A stretch of 64,000 nt of DNA from Arcobacteraceae bacterium (GTDB taxonomy: Bacteria; Campylobacterota; Campylobacteria; Campylobacterales; Arcobacteraceae), in NCBI GenBank assembly GCA_963662945.1, contig OY759974.1:1024001-1088000 (forward strand), written 5' to 3'. Within the stretch, counting starts at the first letter, position 1. Every line of letters begins with the position of its first letter. The position numbers were made by a program, and so were the translations under genes. This document shows positions 1 through 12,390 of this stretch, piece after piece. The notes beneath the pieces are model-generated. The model was not told the origin of the DNA and searched no databases. It saw nothing but the letters and a program-made list of their open reading frames with translations.

Positions 1-38
1 CTTGTGCAGTAGATTGGATAAAAAGAGAAATTGAATAA

Positions 39-1043
39 ATGATATTAAGTATAGAATCAAGTTGCGATGATAGTAGTATTGCAATTACTGAAATAAAAAC
101 AAAAAAATTGATATTTCATAAAAAAATATCACAAGAGATACAACATAGTATTTATGGTGGAGTTGTTCCAGAATTAGCAGCTAGACTTCATATCGAAGCT
201 TTACCAAAAATACTAGAAGAGTGTCAACCTTTTTTTAAAGATTTAAAAGCTATTGCCGTTACAAATGCACCTGGTCTCTCTGTTACACTTACAGAAGGTG
301 TAACTATGGCAAAAGCTTTAAGTATAAGCTTACATTTACCTCTTATTGCAGTAAACCATCTAAAAGGTCATATATATTCACTTTTCATAGAAAAAGAAGC
401 AAAATTTCCTTGTACTATTTTACTAGTTTCGGGTGGTCACACACAACTTATAGAAGCAAAAAATTTTAATGATATGAAAATCATAGGTTCTACAATTGAT
501 GATAGTTTTGGAGAAAGTTTTGATAAAGTATCTAAAATGTTAGGTCTGGGATATCCAGGAGGTCCTATTGTGCAAGAAAAAGCACTTCAAGGTAATAATA
601 CTACTTATGATTTTCCAATTCCACTAAGACAAAGTCCACATATAGAATTTAGTTATAGTGGATTGAAAAATGCCGTAAGAATGGCAATTGAAAAAGAGGA
701 AAATAACAATAACCTCAATGGACAAACTATAGCAAATATCTGTGCTAGTTTTCAAACTACTGCTGTTGCACATATAGTTATGAAACTCAAAAAATATTTT
801 AAAACAAATCCACCTACAACTTTTGCCATAGTTGGAGGGGCTAGTGCAAATGTTGAACTAAGAAGCACTATTGAAACGTTATGTAAAAAATATGATGCAA
901 AACTTTTACTCTCTTCTTTAGAATTTTGTAGTGATAATGCAGCTATGATAGGGAGAGTTGCGGTGGAGCAATATTTAGAAAATGATTTTGTATCCTATAA
1001 CGATATAGATGTTCAAAGTAGAATCAAAGAGAGAACTTTTTAG
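39..1043 (+). CDS. tsaD: tRNA N6-adenosine threonylcarbamoyltransferase
   Basis: Motifs [59 protein letters not shown]. Confidence 0.97.
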   Translation: MILSIESSCDDSSIAITEIKTKKLIFHKKISQEIQHSIYGGVVPELAARLHIEALPKILEECQPFFKDLKAIAVTNAPGLSVTLTEGVTMAKALSISLHLPLIAVNHLKGHIYSLFIEKEAKFPCTILLVSGGHTQLIEAKNFNDMKIIGSTIDDSFGESFDKVSKMLGLGYPGGPIVQEKALQGNNTTYDFPIPLRQSPHIEFSYSGLKNAVRMAIEKEENNNNLNGQTIANICASFQTTAVAHIVMKLKKYFKTNPPTTFAIVGGASANVELRSTIETLCKKYDAKLLLSSLEFCSDNAAMIGRVAVEQYLENDFVSYNDIDVQSRIKERTF

Positions 1044-1052
1044 TTCATTATT

Positions 1053-1721
1053 CTAAAAATCTCTAGGATTGTTTAAAGCCTCTTCTACAAAAGAAAGATA
1101 TTCTTCTCTTAATATATTTTTTGCTCCAAAAGAAGCTAAATAATCTGTATAAATTTGACTATCTATAAGTGCAAATCCATTTTTTTTCAATCTTTCTACA
1201 AGTTCTACAAAAGCTACTTTACTTGCATCACTTTTAAGAGCAAACATTGATTCTCCACAAAAAATATTACCTATAACTACTCCATAACCGCCACCCACAA
1301 GTTTGCCATCAAAATAAGATTCAAAACTGTGTGCATGCCCTGCTTGATGTAAATCACAATATGCCTCAATCATATCATCAGTAATCCAAGTCCCCTCTTG
1401 ATCTGGTCTTTTTGCTTTAGCACACTCTTTTATGACTTGTTCAAAATTCGTGTCAAACTTCACTTCAAAAATATTTTTTTTAATAGTTTTTTTGAGGTTT
1501 TTAGAGATATGGAGTTCATTGATATCTAAAACGAATCGTGGATTTGGAGACCACCATAAAATAGGATCATCTTCATTGAACCAAGGAAAAATTCCCCTTG
1601 AATAGCCATACATTATTCTATTTACACTCAAATCCCCACCATAAGCAACAATTCCCTCATTACTTGCTAATGCAGGATCTGGAAATGTTAAGTTATAGGG
1701 ACTTAATGGGAAAATATGCAT
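1053..1721 (-). CDS. aat: Leucyl/phenylalanyl-tRNA--protein transferase
   Basis: GGDLS, YSRGIFPW, LWWSPNPR, TWIT, AHSFE, FCGESMF, DASKVAF motifs. Confidence 0.96.
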   Translation of the reverse strand: MHIFPLSPYNLTFPDPALASNEGIVAYGGDLSVNRIMYGYSRGIFPWFNEDDPILWWSPNPRFVLDINELHISKNLKKTIKKNIFEVKFDTNFEQVIKECAKAKRPDQEGTWITDDMIEAYCDLHQAGHAHSFESYFDGKLVGGGYGVVIGNIFCGESMFALKSDASKVAFVELVERLKKNGFALIDSQIYTDYLASFGAKNILREEYLSFVEEALNNPRDF

Positions 1722-1723
1722 AG

Positions 1724-2455
1724 TTAAATTTGAACTGGTTTAATCACTTCGTTAGCAAAAACTTTATTTATAGCTTCAGGTACAATCGTTTTTAACTTAC
1801 CAAAACCTACTGGATGAAAAAATCTTGTATATTCAAAACTTCCCTCCTCATCTCTTACACCATCATATACAAATCCTATCTCTTTGTTTTGTTTTTTTGC
1901 CCATTGTGCTATATTAGAAGCATACAATGCTGAATTTGTATGTGCTTTTTCAAACTTATGTCCCCATGCAAAAAAGATAAATTTTCCATTGTAACTAATA
2001 TTTTTATAGTCGTGATAATTATCTTGTTTAGCAAAAACTGTAAGTTGATTTGTATTTAACTTCTCTAAATCCATCTCAAAAACTTCTATTGCGGAAGTTG
2101 GTTGTATATCTTCTTTATTGTAATTAAAAAGATACTTTATCTCTACAAGTTTTCCTTTATCTCTTTGTTTTATAGCTTTAGCAATAATTCGCACTTGATC
2201 TTCCATTTGCAAAGGGTGAAATTTATCATCAAATTTGAAATCTTGATATGCTAACTTTTCCCCTTTATTGTATCCAATTGGTGCTGTGAATGGATTATAT
2301 AAAAACACTGTACCTGCAACATTTTTATTTTTCTTTTTTAATAAAACTTCTAAGTCTTCTACACTTATCTCTTCATCACTTAAAGGAATGTAAACATATG
2401 TTTTTACAATATATTCTAAATCGTGAACTGTTTTTATTTTTCCAAAAAGTTGCAT
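1724..2455 (-). CDS. Hypothetical protein, possibly a remote DUF1643/UDG-like fold
   Basis: 243-aa ORF whose start overlaps the HIT stop codon; motifs FLYNP, YLFNY, FFAWG, FFHP. Confidence 0.6.
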   Translation of the reverse strand: MQLFGKIKTVHDLEYIVKTYVYIPLSDEEISVEDLEVLLKKKNKNVAGTVFLYNPFTAPIGYNKGEKLAYQDFKFDDKFHPLQMEDQVRIIAKAIKQRDKGKLVEIKYLFNYNKEDIQPTSAIEVFEMDLEKLNTNQLTVFAKQDNYHDYKNISYNGKFIFFAWGHKFEKAHTNSALYASNIAQWAKKQNKEIGFVYDGVRDEEGSFEYTRFFHPVGFGKLKTIVPEAINKVFANEVIKPVQI

Positions 2456-2781
2456 TAATTTATACTACCTAATTGCTCACCTGCTAAAAGATGAAAATGT
2501 ATATGCCCAACTTCTTGACCACCATTTTGTCCAATATTTGTAATCAATCTGTATCCATCACTTTTTACACCAAGTGTTAAAGCAACTTCTTGTATAAATG
2601 TTGTCATCTCTGCCATAATATTTGGTGTCATCTCATTAAATGACTGAAGATGAACTTTTGGTATTATTAAGACATGAATTTTTGCTTGTGGATTTATATC
2701 TTCAAATGCTAAAAAATTATCATTTTCTAACACTGTTTTATTTGGTATTGCACCCTCAATTATTTTACAAAATATACACAT
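2455..2781 (-). CDS. Histidine triad (HIT/HinT) nucleotide-binding protein
   Basis: CIFCKII N-terminus, DINPQA, GGQEVGHIHFHLL triad. Confidence 0.95.
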   Translation of the reverse strand: MCIFCKIIEGAIPNKTVLENDNFLAFEDINPQAKIHVLIIPKVHLQSFNEMTPNIMAEMTTFIQEVALTLGVKSDGYRLITNIGQNGGQEVGHIHFHLLAGEQLGSIN

Positions 2782-2897
2782 TATTTTTTCCTTCTATTTT
2801 CATATTTGTAAGTATAACCAAACTATAATAAATGTTTAAGTATAATCCCCCAATTATTAAGGTCTACAAATAGAATAGACCCCTTTAGGAGATACAT

Positions 2898-3908
2898 TTG
2901 CAAGAATGGATAGATAAAATAAATAATAGTGTTTCTTTGGAAGAATTAGAGCAACTTAGAATTGATATTTTAGGGAAAAAAGGTATCTTAACTCTTGAGT
3001 TTGCGAAAATGAAAGATATTCCAGCACAAGAAAAAAAATTATTTGCACAAAATCTAAATAACAATAAAACTGCCGTTACTAATGCTTTAGAATCACAAAA
3101 AACAATTCTAATGGCACAAGAGTTAGAAAAACAACTTGAAGCTGAAAAAATTGATGTTACTAAATTTACACCAAGTTTAAATAATGGTGCATATCATCCA
3201 GTGGCTGATACATTAAATCAAATCACAACATATTTTCAAAACCTAAACTTTAGTATTGAAGAGGGACCTTTAGTTGAAGATGATTTTCATAATTTCGAGG
3301 CTTTAAATCTTCCTAAATATCATCCAGCAAGAGATATGCAAGATACATTTTACTGTAATGATGGTGCGGTTCTTAGAACCCACACAAGTCCAGTTCAAAT
3401 TAGAACCATGATGTCTCAACAACCACCAATTAGAATGATAGCACCAGGAAGTGTATTTAGAAAAGATTTTGATATCACTCATACACCAATGTTCCATCAA
3501 ATAGAAGGGTTAGTTGTTGAAAAAGAGGGTGTAGTGTCTTTTGCAAATTTAAAATTTGTAATGGAAGAATTTTTACACCATATGTTTGGTGAAGTTGAAG
3601 TACGATTTAGACCATCGTTTTTCCCTTTTACAGAACCATCTGCTGAAGTTGATATCAGCTGTATCTTCTGTAAAGATAAAAATACAAACAAAAGTACTGG
3701 ATGTAGAGTATGTTCACACACAGGTTGGCTTGAAGTTTTAGGTTGTGGAATAGTTGATGAGAATGTATTTAAAGCTGTTGGATATGAAAATGTAAGTGGT
3801 TATGCTTTTGGTTTAGGAATTGAAAGATTTGCAATGCTTATCCATAAAATTGGAGATTTACGATCTTTATTTGAAAGTGATATTAGACTATTAGGACAAT
3901 TTAAATGA
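2898..3908 (+). CDS. pheS: Phenylalanine--tRNA ligase alpha subunit
   Basis: [48 protein letters not shown] start after AGGAG. Confidence 0.98.
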   Translation: MQEWIDKINNSVSLEELEQLRIDILGKKGILTLEFAKMKDIPAQEKKLFAQNLNNNKTAVTNALESQKTILMAQELEKQLEAEKIDVTKFTPSLNNGAYHPVADTLNQITTYFQNLNFSIEEGPLVEDDFHNFEALNLPKYHPARDMQDTFYCNDGAVLRTHTSPVQIRTMMSQQPPIRMIAPGSVFRKDFDITHTPMFHQIEGLVVEKEGVVSFANLKFVMEEFLHHMFGEVEVRFRPSFFPFTEPSAEVDISCIFCKDKNTNKSTGCRVCSHTGWLEVLGCGIVDENVFKAVGYENVSGYAFGLGIERFAMLIHKIGDLRSLFESDIRLLGQFK

Positions 3909-6229
3909 TTATAACAAGAAGATGGCTACAAGAATATATTGACATTACAAAATTAAGCACTCAAACAATATGTAATGCACTTAACTCAATTGGACTAGAA
4001 GTTGATAGTTCTCAGAGAATTTTAATACCAAATGGCGTAGTTATAGGAAAAGTAGAAGCTTGTGAAAAACATCCAGATGCTGATAAACTCAATGTTTGTC
4101 AAGTAAATATAGGAACTAAAATAGAGCAAATTGTCTGTGGTGCTTCAAATGTAGAAGCTGGACAATATGTACCTGTAGCAACAGTTGGTGCTGTACTTGG
4201 TGAAGATTTTGTTATTAAAAAAGCTAAACTTAGAGGTGTTGAATCAAATGGTATGATTTGTAGTTCAACTGAAATAGGTTTACCTAAAATGAATAATGGA
4301 ATTATGGTCTTAGATGATTCTATTGGTGAACTTATTATTGGAAAAGAACTCAATGAATATTCTTTAATCAATGATGAGACTATAGAGATAGAACTTACTG
4401 CAAATCGAGGAGACTGTCTAAGTATTAATGGAATTGCCAGAGAACTAAGCACTTATTTTAATATTTCAATGAAAAATGTTGACCCTGTAGTAAATACAAA
4501 TAATAAAGGTATTGGCCAAGTATTTGATGTAATTTATGATACAAGTTGTCAATCAAGTTTAATTTATAAAGCGGCAGATATTAAAAACTTTCATTTAAAA
4601 TTACTTCATAAATTTAGAGCTGCAATAATTGATAAACTACAAAAAACAGATATTGAAACAGCCATTGCATATGCAACGCATAGTTCAGGTGTTCTTATTA
4701 ATGTATACAGTAAAGCTGCTGCTTATACACAAGAAAGTGAGTTAGTATCTCTTAAAGTTATGCAAGATAATGATGGTTTTGACACAGTTCAAGGTGATGT
4801 ATTATTAAGCACAATTGGAGTTGATGCTGGTAAAGTTGAAAATATTTGTGATGAAGTTTTAATTGAAGCTAGCTATATTGACCCAAATTATCTCTCTCAA
4901 GCTGTTTTTGACAAAAAAAGAGAAACTGGAGATATTTATTATAGAGCATCAAGGGGAAGTGAACCAAATTTAGATTTTGGAATTGATACAGTTATAACAT
5001 TGTTGTCTCAAAATGGTGCAACAATTTATAATGGGAGTAAAAATTTTATCAATGATACAACTCCAATTACGATTAATATTAATAATAAACAATTAAATAA
5101 AATCATAGGGGAAGAGATAGCTCCAAGTAAAGTAAGTCAAATACTTACATCTCTTGGTTTTTTTGTTAAACAAGATGGACAAGATACAATTAATGTAACT
5201 ATTCCATCGTTTCGACATGATGTGAATAATATTGCAGATATTACTGAAGAAGTGGTAAGAATTATTGGTATTGATCAAATTAAATCAAAACCACTTTTAA
5301 TTCAAGAGCTAAATAATATCAATGAAAGTTCAAATAGTTTACAAATTAAAAATGATTTACGTTCACGTGCTATTACAAATGGTTTTTTTGAAACTATCAC
5401 TTATGTATTTGCAAATAGAGAGTTATTAGAAAAATACAATTTCCCTACGGTAATCAATAAAAAAGATATTTTGAATCCAATTGTAAATGAACTCAATACA
5501 TTTAGAACAACATTAAGTTTAAATCTAGTTCAAGCAGTTGCACATAATGTAAAACAAGGTTTTAGATCAATTGCATTATTTGAATCAGGTATTGTATTTG
5601 ATAAAAATAGAAGTGAAATTAAAAAAATAGGATTTATATTTAGTGGTGAAATTGAAAACCCTTCAATCCAAAATAATGCAAAACCAAAACATATTGATTT
5701 ATTTAGTTTTAGTGATAAAATTGCAAATATTATTGGTGATTTTGAGTTACAACCTATGAAAAAAATTATTAGTAATTTTGTACATCCTTATCAAAATGCA
5801 AATATTATGAAAAATGGGAAAAGTATAGGTATTATATACAAACTTCATCCTATAGTTGCAGATGATTTTGATATTTCAAAAGATACTTTTATTGCTCAAT
5901 TAAATTTAGATGCAATAAAAAATGAAACAATTTTTGCTTCAAGCATCTCAAAATTTCAAGCTTCTAGAAGAGATTTAAGTATTATTACACCATCAACTTT
6001 AGAATATAAAGAGATTAAAAAAGTTATTAAGTCTTTAAAAATTAAAGAAATAAAACAATTTAACTTAGTGGATATTTATAGTGATGAAAAATTAGAAGGG
6101 AATGAAAGTTTAACTATACGATTTATACTACAATCAGAAACAAAAACTTTTGAAGAAAGTGATATTAACGATATTATGGATAAAATACTTAACAAATTAC
6201 AAGAAGAGTTAGGTGTAGGTATTAGATAA
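3905..6229 (+). CDS. pheT: Phenylalanine--tRNA ligase beta subunit
   Basis: [36 protein letters not shown]-terminal FDX-ACB domain (RRDLS); follows pheS. Confidence 0.97.
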   Translation: MIITRRWLQEYIDITKLSTQTICNALNSIGLEVDSSQRILIPNGVVIGKVEACEKHPDADKLNVCQVNIGTKIEQIVCGASNVEAGQYVPVATVGAVLGEDFVIKKAKLRGVESNGMICSSTEIGLPKMNNGIMVLDDSIGELIIGKELNEYSLINDETIEIELTANRGDCLSINGIARELSTYFNISMKNVDPVVNTNNKGIGQVFDVIYDTSCQSSLIYKAADIKNFHLKLLHKFRAAIIDKLQKTDIETAIAYATHSSGVLINVYSKAAAYTQESELVSLKVMQDNDGFDTVQGDVLLSTIGVDAGKVENICDEVLIEASYIDPNYLSQAVFDKKRETGDIYYRASRGSEPNLDFGIDTVITLLSQNGATIYNGSKNFINDTTPITININNKQLNKIIGEEIAPSKVSQILTSLGFFVKQDGQDTINVTIPSFRHDVNNIADITEEVVRIIGIDQIKSKPLLIQELNNINESSNSLQIKNDLRSRAITNGFFETITYVFANRELLEKYNFPTVINKKDILNPIVNELNTFRTTLSLNLVQAVAHNVKQGFRSIALFESGIVFDKNRSEIKKIGFIFSGEIENPSIQNNAKPKHIDLFSFSDKIANIIGDFELQPMKKIISNFVHPYQNANIMKNGKSIGIIYKLHPIVADDFDISKDTFIAQLNLDAIKNETIFASSISKFQASRRDLSIITPSTLEYKEIKKVIKSLKIKEIKQFNLVDIYSDEKLEGNESLTIRFILQSETKTFEESDINDIMDKILNKLQEELGVGIR

Positions 6230-7509
6230 TGCAAACTTTAAATATTTCTGCACTTTCACAACCATTTGATATAACAATTGACAATATAGCATCAGATAAA
6301 TCTATATCGCATAGATGTGCTATGTTTAGTTTACTCTCAAATCAACCATCTATAATTACCAATTATCTTCGTGGAGAAGATACAATGGATTCATTAAAAA
6401 TTGCTCAAAAGCTAGGCGCTACTGTACAAGATGATGGGAAAACTATTACTATTACACCCCCTTCTAAATTAACAGAACCAGATGATATTCTTGATTGTGG
6501 AAATGCAGGAACTGGTATGAGACTCTATGCTGGTTTATTAGCTGGAATTGAAGGAAGTTTTGTTTTAACTGGTGACAAATATTTACGAAGTCGACCAATG
6601 AAAAGAGTTACTCAGCCTTTAAGAGACATTGGGGCAAAAATTGATGGTAGAGAAGATGGGAATAAAGCACCACTTCACATTCGTGGCGGAAAATTAAAAT
6701 CTTTTAAATATCATAGTCCTATAGATTCAGCTCAAGTAAAATCAGCTCTTATTCTTGCTGCATTACAAAGTGATGAAGTATCTTATTATAAAGAAGATTT
6801 ACTCTCACGTGACCATACTGAGCGAATGTTAAATGGTATGGGTGCAAATATTAAAACTAATGATGAAGGTTGGATTGAAATTCATCCTCAAACTGAACCT
6901 CTAAAACCATTAAACATTATGGTACCAACTGATCCTTCAAGTGCATTTTTCTTTGCTGTTGCAGCAGCAATTATCCCAAATGCAAAAGTAACATTAAAAA
7001 ATGTTACTTTAAATCCAACGAGAATTGAAGCATATAAAATTTTACAACAAATGGGTGCAGAAGTTGAATTTATTGAGAGTGAAAATATCTATGAACCTAT
7101 TGGAGATATTGTTGTACAACACAATGCACTAAACGGTGTAACTGTTGATAAAAATATCGCCTGGCTTATAGATGAACTTCCTTGTTTAAGCATTGCTATG
7201 GCAGTTGCAAATGGAAAAAGTGTTGTTAAAAATGCTGAAGAATTACGAGTAAAAGAGAGTGATAGAATCTCTGCAGTTGTAAATAATCTTAAACTTTGTG
7301 GTGTGAACTATCAAGAGTTTGAAGATGGCTATGAGATAGAGGGAAATGCTACACTACAAAAAGCAACAATTAATTCACATGGAGACCATAGAATAGCTAT
7401 GAGTTTTGCAATAGCTGGATTATTATGTGGTATGGATATAGAAGATACACAATGTATAGAAACATCTTTTCCTAACTTTACAGAAATATTAAATAACTTG
7501 CGAGGATAG
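6229..7509 (+). CDS. aroA: 3-phosphoshikimate 1-carboxyvinyltransferase (EPSP synthase)
   Basis: [47 protein letters not shown]. Confidence 0.98.
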   Translation: MQTLNISALSQPFDITIDNIASDKSISHRCAMFSLLSNQPSIITNYLRGEDTMDSLKIAQKLGATVQDDGKTITITPPSKLTEPDDILDCGNAGTGMRLYAGLLAGIEGSFVLTGDKYLRSRPMKRVTQPLRDIGAKIDGREDGNKAPLHIRGGKLKSFKYHSPIDSAQVKSALILAALQSDEVSYYKEDLLSRDHTERMLNGMGANIKTNDEGWIEIHPQTEPLKPLNIMVPTDPSSAFFFAVAAAIIPNAKVTLKNVTLNPTRIEAYKILQQMGAEVEFIESENIYEPIGDIVVQHNALNGVTVDKNIAWLIDELPCLSIAMAVANGKSVVKNAEELRVKESDRISAVVNNLKLCGVNYQEFEDGYEIEGNATLQKATINSHGDHRIAMSFAIAGLLCGMDIEDTQCIETSFPNFTEILNNLRG

Positions 7510-7510
7510 T

Positions 7511-8335
7511 ATGAAAGTAAAACTAGCTTCATCATACGGTTTTTGTTTTGGTGTAAAAAGAGCCATCGATATAGCACAACAACACAAAAACTCAAATACT
7601 ATGGGACCACTTATCCATAATCAAAAAGAGATAGATAGATTAAAGCTTGATTTTAGTGTAGGATTGTATGAGAATCTAGATGATGTAAAAAAAGATGATA
7701 CTGTGATTATAAGAACTCACGGTATTCCAAAAGACGATTTACAAGAACTCAAAAAAAAAGATGCAAAAATAATTAATGCTACCTGTCCTTTTGTGACAAC
7801 ACCACAACAAATTGTAAAAAAAATGTCTAGCGAAAACTATAGTATTTTAATTTTTGGTGATGCTACTCATCCTGAAGTAAAAGGGGTAAAAAGTTATGGG
7901 GACGATGTTCATGTGGTATTAGAACCATTAGAACTTGAAAAAATAACTTTTAAATATGATAAAATTGCCTGTGTAGCACAAACAACAAGAAAAAAAGAAA
8001 AATATTTAGAAATCGTAAATGCACTTATTTTAAAAAATAAAGAGGTAAGAGTTTTTAATACAATTTGTGATGCTACATTTGAAAATCAAGATGCTGTACG
8101 AGAATTATCAAAAGATGTAGATATTATGATAATAATTGGTGGAAAAAACTCTTCAAATACAAAACAATTACTTTATATCGCAAAAGAAAATTGTAATGAA
8201 AGTTATTTAATAGAAGATGAGACAGAATTAGACTTCAATTGGTTCAAAAATAAAAATATTTGTGGTGTCACAGCTGGTGCTTCAACCCCTGATTGGATTA
8301 TCCAAAAAGTTGTAAATCAAATAGAAAATATCTAA
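7511..8335 (+). CDS. ispH: 4-hydroxy-3-methylbut-2-enyl diphosphate reductase
   Basis: GFCFGVKRA, IIRTHG, ATCPFV, NTICDAT, SSNT, TAGASTP. Confidence 0.98.
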   Translation: MKVKLASSYGFCFGVKRAIDIAQQHKNSNTMGPLIHNQKEIDRLKLDFSVGLYENLDDVKKDDTVIIRTHGIPKDDLQELKKKDAKIINATCPFVTTPQQIVKKMSSENYSILIFGDATHPEVKGVKSYGDDVHVVLEPLELEKITFKYDKIACVAQTTRKKEKYLEIVNALILKNKEVRVFNTICDATFENQDAVRELSKDVDIMIIIGGKNSSNTKQLLYIAKENCNESYLIEDETELDFNWFKNKNICGVTAGASTPDWIIQKVVNQIENI

Positions 8336-8391
8336 ATTAAGCAAGTTTTAGCTATAATGGCTCTCATTAAAATAAAAGGGTAGGCAAGCAA

Positions 8392-10047
8392 ATGAAATTT
8401 GAAGATTTTGAAATAGAAGGTGAAGACTTCGCAACATTATTGGAGGAAAGCGAAAAAAACACAGAAACAAACACAGTAACAGAAGGTGAAATAGTAATTT
8501 TAAACGATGATAGTTTTGTAGTAAGTATAGCTGGTAAAGAGGGAAGAATCCCATTAAGTGAAATTACTAATACTGATGGTACAATAAAATACAAAGTTGG
8601 TGATAAAATTACAGTAATGATTGTAGGTACAAGAGGTGAAAACCTATCTTTATCTTACAAAAAAGTTTTACAAAAAGAAAAGTTTGATGAATTTTTCGCA
8701 AAATATGGTGAAGAACCAGAAAATGTTATAATTGAAGGTACAGTAACATCTGTAAAACCAAGAGCAGGTTTTGTAGTACAAGATGCAGAAGGTATGGAAT
8801 ATTTTATGCCAATGGCACAAGGTTTCTTAAAAGCTCAAGGTGCAGTTGGTAAAAAAATCAAAGCAGCAGTTCTTAAAGCTAAACCAGAAACATCAAGTAT
8901 AGTAATCTCTAGAAGAAAACTGATCGAAGAATCACAAAAAAACAAAGAAGAAAAAATAGCACAACTTATGGAAAATAATGAGCCAAGAACTGGTATCGTT
9001 AAAAAAATCACAAGTTATGGTATGTTTGTTGATTTAGGTGGAATAGATGGACTTGTAAATTACAACGAAATTAGTTACAAAGGACCTGTAAATCCATCTG
9101 CATACTTCAAAGAAGGTGATGAGATTACAGCTATTATGAAATCTTACGATAAAGAAAAAGGACACTTATCATTATCAATTAAAGATGCTTTAGCAAATCC
9201 TTGGGAAGAGATGAAAGACGCTTTAGATGTAGGTGATACAATTACTGTTACTGTTTCAAACTTTGAATCTTACGGTGCATTTGTTGATTTAGGAAATGAT
9301 ATCGAAGGTCTTTTACATATCTCTGAAATCAGTCATAATAAAAATGTAAAAAATCCAAAGGATTACTTAGAAATTGGTCAAGAGATCAATGTTGAAGTTA
9401 TCGATTTAGATTGTGATAAAAGAAGATTAAGAGTGAGTTTAAAATCTCTTCAACCAAAACCATTCCAAACTTTTATTAAAGAAAATCAAGTTGGTGATGT
9501 AGTTAAAGGTACAGTTGCTACTTTAACAGATTTTGGTGCATTTATTAATCTTGGAACAGTTGATGGTCTTTTACATAACGAAGAAGCAAGTTGGGATTCG
9601 GGAACTAAATGTAAAGATATTTACAAAAAAGGTGATGAAGTAGAAGTTAAAATTATTAAAATTGATACTGAAAAAGAAAATATCTCTTTAAGTGTAAAAG
9701 CATTACAAGATTCTCCAGCACAAAAATTTGAGAAAGAACACAATACTGGAGATATAATTAAATCTACAGTAAAAGACATTAAAGATTTTGGTGTATTTGT
9801 TAAACTTGAAGACAACCTAGATGGATTAATCAGAAAAGAAGATATGCTTCCAGCTGAAGAGGGTGCAGAAGAGATCAAAATTGGTGATGAGATTGAAGCT
9901 GTTGTTGTAAATATTGATAAACAAAAAAATAGAGTAAGATTATCTGTAAGAAGACTTGCTTCACAAAAAGATAGAGATATGTTAGAGTCAGTAAATGACG
10001 ATACATCTATGACACTTGGAGATGCTTTAGTAGGAAAGTTAAAATAA
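8392..10047 (+). CDS. rpsA: 30S ribosomal protein S1
   Basis: Multiple S1 repeats (YGAFVDLG..EGLLHISE); follows ispH. Confidence 0.97.
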   Translation: MKFEDFEIEGEDFATLLEESEKNTETNTVTEGEIVILNDDSFVVSIAGKEGRIPLSEITNTDGTIKYKVGDKITVMIVGTRGENLSLSYKKVLQKEKFDEFFAKYGEEPENVIIEGTVTSVKPRAGFVVQDAEGMEYFMPMAQGFLKAQGAVGKKIKAAVLKAKPETSSIVISRRKLIEESQKNKEEKIAQLMENNEPRTGIVKKITSYGMFVDLGGIDGLVNYNEISYKGPVNPSAYFKEGDEITAIMKSYDKEKGHLSLSIKDALANPWEEMKDALDVGDTITVTVSNFESYGAFVDLGNDIEGLLHISEISHNKNVKNPKDYLEIGQEINVEVIDLDCDKRRLRVSLKSLQPKPFQTFIKENQVGDVVKGTVATLTDFGAFINLGTVDGLLHNEEASWDSGTKCKDIYKKGDEVEVKIIKIDTEKENISLSVKALQDSPAQKFEKEHNTGDIIKSTVKDIKDFGVFVKLEDNLDGLIRKEDMLPAEEGAEEIKIGDEIEAVVVNIDKQKNRVRLSVRRLASQKDRDMLESVNDDTSMTLGDALVGKLK

Positions 10048-10082
10048 TTTAACTTAATCTACTAAAATTTTTGGAGAAAATA

Positions 10083-11669
10083 ATGAATAAACCTACAATA
10101 GTAGTATGTGATCATATCCATGAAAGTGGATTAGAGATACTTAAAAATACTAGTGATATAAATTATGTGTACGCAGCTGATGTTGATAAAACTGCCCTTT
10201 TAGATATTATTAAAGATGCTGAAGTATGTATCACTAGAAGTTCAACAGATGTTGATGAGAAATTTTTAAATGCGGCTGCTAATTTAAAAGCAGTAGTAAG
10301 AGCTGGAGTTGGTGTTGACAATGTAGATATTGATGGTTGTAGCAAAAGAGGTATTATTGCTATGAATGTACCAACTGCAAATACTATAGCTGCAACTGAA
10401 CTTACAATGACACATCTTCTTTCTTGTATGAGAAAAATGCCGTATGCTCACTCTCAACTTAAAGATCAAAGAATTTGGAAAAGAGAAGACTGGTATGGTC
10501 AAGAACTTTATGGAAAAAAAATAGGTGTTATTGGTTTTGGTAACATTGGACATAGAGTTGCTTTAAGATGTAAAGGTTTTGAAATGGATGTTGTAACTTA
10601 CGATCCATACATTCCTTCTTCAAAAGCTACAGATTTAGGTATTAGTTATACAACAAATTTTGATGATATATTAGCTTGTGATATTATCACTATTCACACA
10701 CCTAAGAATAGTGAAACTATTAATATGATAGATGAACCACAAATTGCTAAAATGAAAGATGGTGTTATTCTTATAAACTGTGCTAGAGGTGGTTTATATA
10801 ATGAAGAAGCTTTAGTAAAAAACCTAAAGAGCGGAAAAATTGCAATGGCTGGTATTGATGTATTCAACAAAGAACCTGCAACAGACCATCCACTTTTAGA
10901 TTTAGACAATGTAACTGTAACTGCCCATCTTGGTGCAAATACTGTTGAATCACAATATAAAATTGCTACGCAAGCTGCAAATAATGCAATTAAATCAGCA
11001 CGTGGAATTGGATATCCTCACGCATTAAATTTACCAATTGATGAAACAAAAATTCCATCTTTTGTAAAACCATATTTAGAACTTACTCAAAAAATGGCTT
11101 TCTTAATCGCACAAATGGATAAAAATGCTATTGAATCAATTAAAATTGAAGCAGAAGGTGAAATTGCTGATTATCTAGAAAGTTTAGAGACTTTTGCTAT
11201 AGTTGGTGCATTAACACATAGTTTAACAAATGAAAAAATAAATTATGTAAATGCAACTTTTGTTGCAAATGAAAGAGGAATCAAAGTAGATTCATCTATA
11301 CATTCAAATACTAGTGCATTTAAAAATCAAGTAACTGTTAAAATCACTACAACACATGGTGTAAATAGTACAAGTGGTACAATTTTTGATGAAGATGTTC
11401 AAAGAATTATTAAAATTAATGATTATCTAATGGATATTGAACCATCTGGAAAAATGATTTTATTAACAAACTCTGATGTTCCAGGTGTTATTGGAGAAGT
11501 TGGACAAATTCTAGGCAATGAATCAATAAATATAGCAGACTTTAGACTAGGTAGAAGCAAAAATGGTGCTTTGGCTGTTATTTTAGTTGATGAAGATGTA
11601 TCTAGTGATATTTTATCTAAATTACAAAATATTGAAGCAGCAAGATCTGTTTCATATGCTCAAATTTAA
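10083..11669 (+). CDS. serA: D-3-phosphoglycerate dehydrogenase
   Basis: RAGVGVDNVD, GFGNIG, INCARGGL, HLGANT, C-terminal ACT domain (DVPGVIG). Start moved to the ATG at 10083 after a GGAG RBS; the track gives 10071. Confidence 0.96.
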   Translation: MNKPTIVVCDHIHESGLEILKNTSDINYVYAADVDKTALLDIIKDAEVCITRSSTDVDEKFLNAAANLKAVVRAGVGVDNVDIDGCSKRGIIAMNVPTANTIAATELTMTHLLSCMRKMPYAHSQLKDQRIWKREDWYGQELYGKKIGVIGFGNIGHRVALRCKGFEMDVVTYDPYIPSSKATDLGISYTTNFDDILACDIITIHTPKNSETINMIDEPQIAKMKDGVILINCARGGLYNEEALVKNLKSGKIAMAGIDVFNKEPATDHPLLDLDNVTVTAHLGANTVESQYKIATQAANNAIKSARGIGYPHALNLPIDETKIPSFVKPYLELTQKMAFLIAQMDKNAIESIKIEAEGEIADYLESLETFAIVGALTHSLTNEKINYVNATFVANERGIKVDSSIHSNTSAFKNQVTVKITTTHGVNSTSGTIFDEDVQRIIKINDYLMDIEPSGKMILLTNSDVPGVIGEVGQILGNESINIADFRLGRSKNGALAVILVDEDVSSDILSKLQNIEAARSVSYAQI

Positions 11670-11678
11670 GGACGTATT

Positions 11679-12239
11679 ATGGCATTAGGAATGGGAGACT
11701 TAAAAAAAGGTCTAAAAATAGAAGTTGATGGTGTACCATATAAAATAACAGATTATGCACATGTAAAACCAGGAAAAGGTGCGGCATTTGTTAGATGTAA
11801 AATAAAAAATTATCTTAATGGTAAAACTATAGAAAAAACATTTCACGCGGGTGATAAATTTGAAACACCAGATTTACAACAAAAAACAATGCAATACCTT
11901 TATGATGATGGTGAAATGATGCAATTTATGGATACAGATACTTATGAACAAATTGCACTTACTTATGATCAAGTTGGTGAAACAGAAAAATGGATTATTG
12001 ATGGAATGAATGTTGATATGATGTTCTTTAAAGGTGAAGCTATCACAGTTGAGCCTCCAATGACTGTAGAGATGAAAATTGTTGAAACTCCACCTAACTT
12101 TAAAGGAGATTCTCAAGGTGGTAAAAAACCTGCTACTTTAGAATGTGGTGCTGTTGTACAAATTCCTTTTCACCTTTTAGAAGGTGATGTTATCAAATGT
12201 GATACACGAACTGGTGAATATTTAGAAAAAGTTAAATAA
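11679..12239 (+). CDS. efp: Elongation factor P
   Basis: [32 protein letters not shown]. Confidence 0.98.
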   Translation: MALGMGDLKKGLKIEVDGVPYKITDYAHVKPGKGAAFVRCKIKNYLNGKTIEKTFHAGDKFETPDLQQKTMQYLYDDGEMMQFMDTDTYEQIALTYDQVGETEKWIIDGMNVDMMFFKGEAITVEPPMTVEMKIVETPPNFKGDSQGGKKPATLECGAVVQIPFHLLEGDVIKCDTRTGEYLEKVK

Positions 12240-12249
12240 AAAATGACTC

Positions 12250-12289
12250 AACTTATTGCAAGGTAATACTTGTGATAAGTTTGTTTTTT
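12250..12289 (+). terminator. Probable intrinsic terminator after efp
   Basis: Stem AACTTATTGCAAG / CTTGTGATAAGTT (with G-U pairs), 6-nt loop, followed by TGTTTTTT. Confidence 0.65.
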
Positions 12290-12390
12290 ATTTGTCACTT
12301 ATTCGTAAGTTTCCTTCTTCAAAATAACTTTCTCTCTTGATTCTCTACAAAAATTCTAACTATTTTACAGCTTTATTATAGGACTTAAAA

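Noticed and set aside
1-38. Possible 3' end of an upstream gene (CAVDWIKREIE*, 3..38) abutting tsaD
   Set aside because: Too short to identify
3660-3715. Apparent extra residues in the PheS Cys loop ([18 protein letters not shown])
   Set aside because: Probably a variable surface loop; no functional inference is possible
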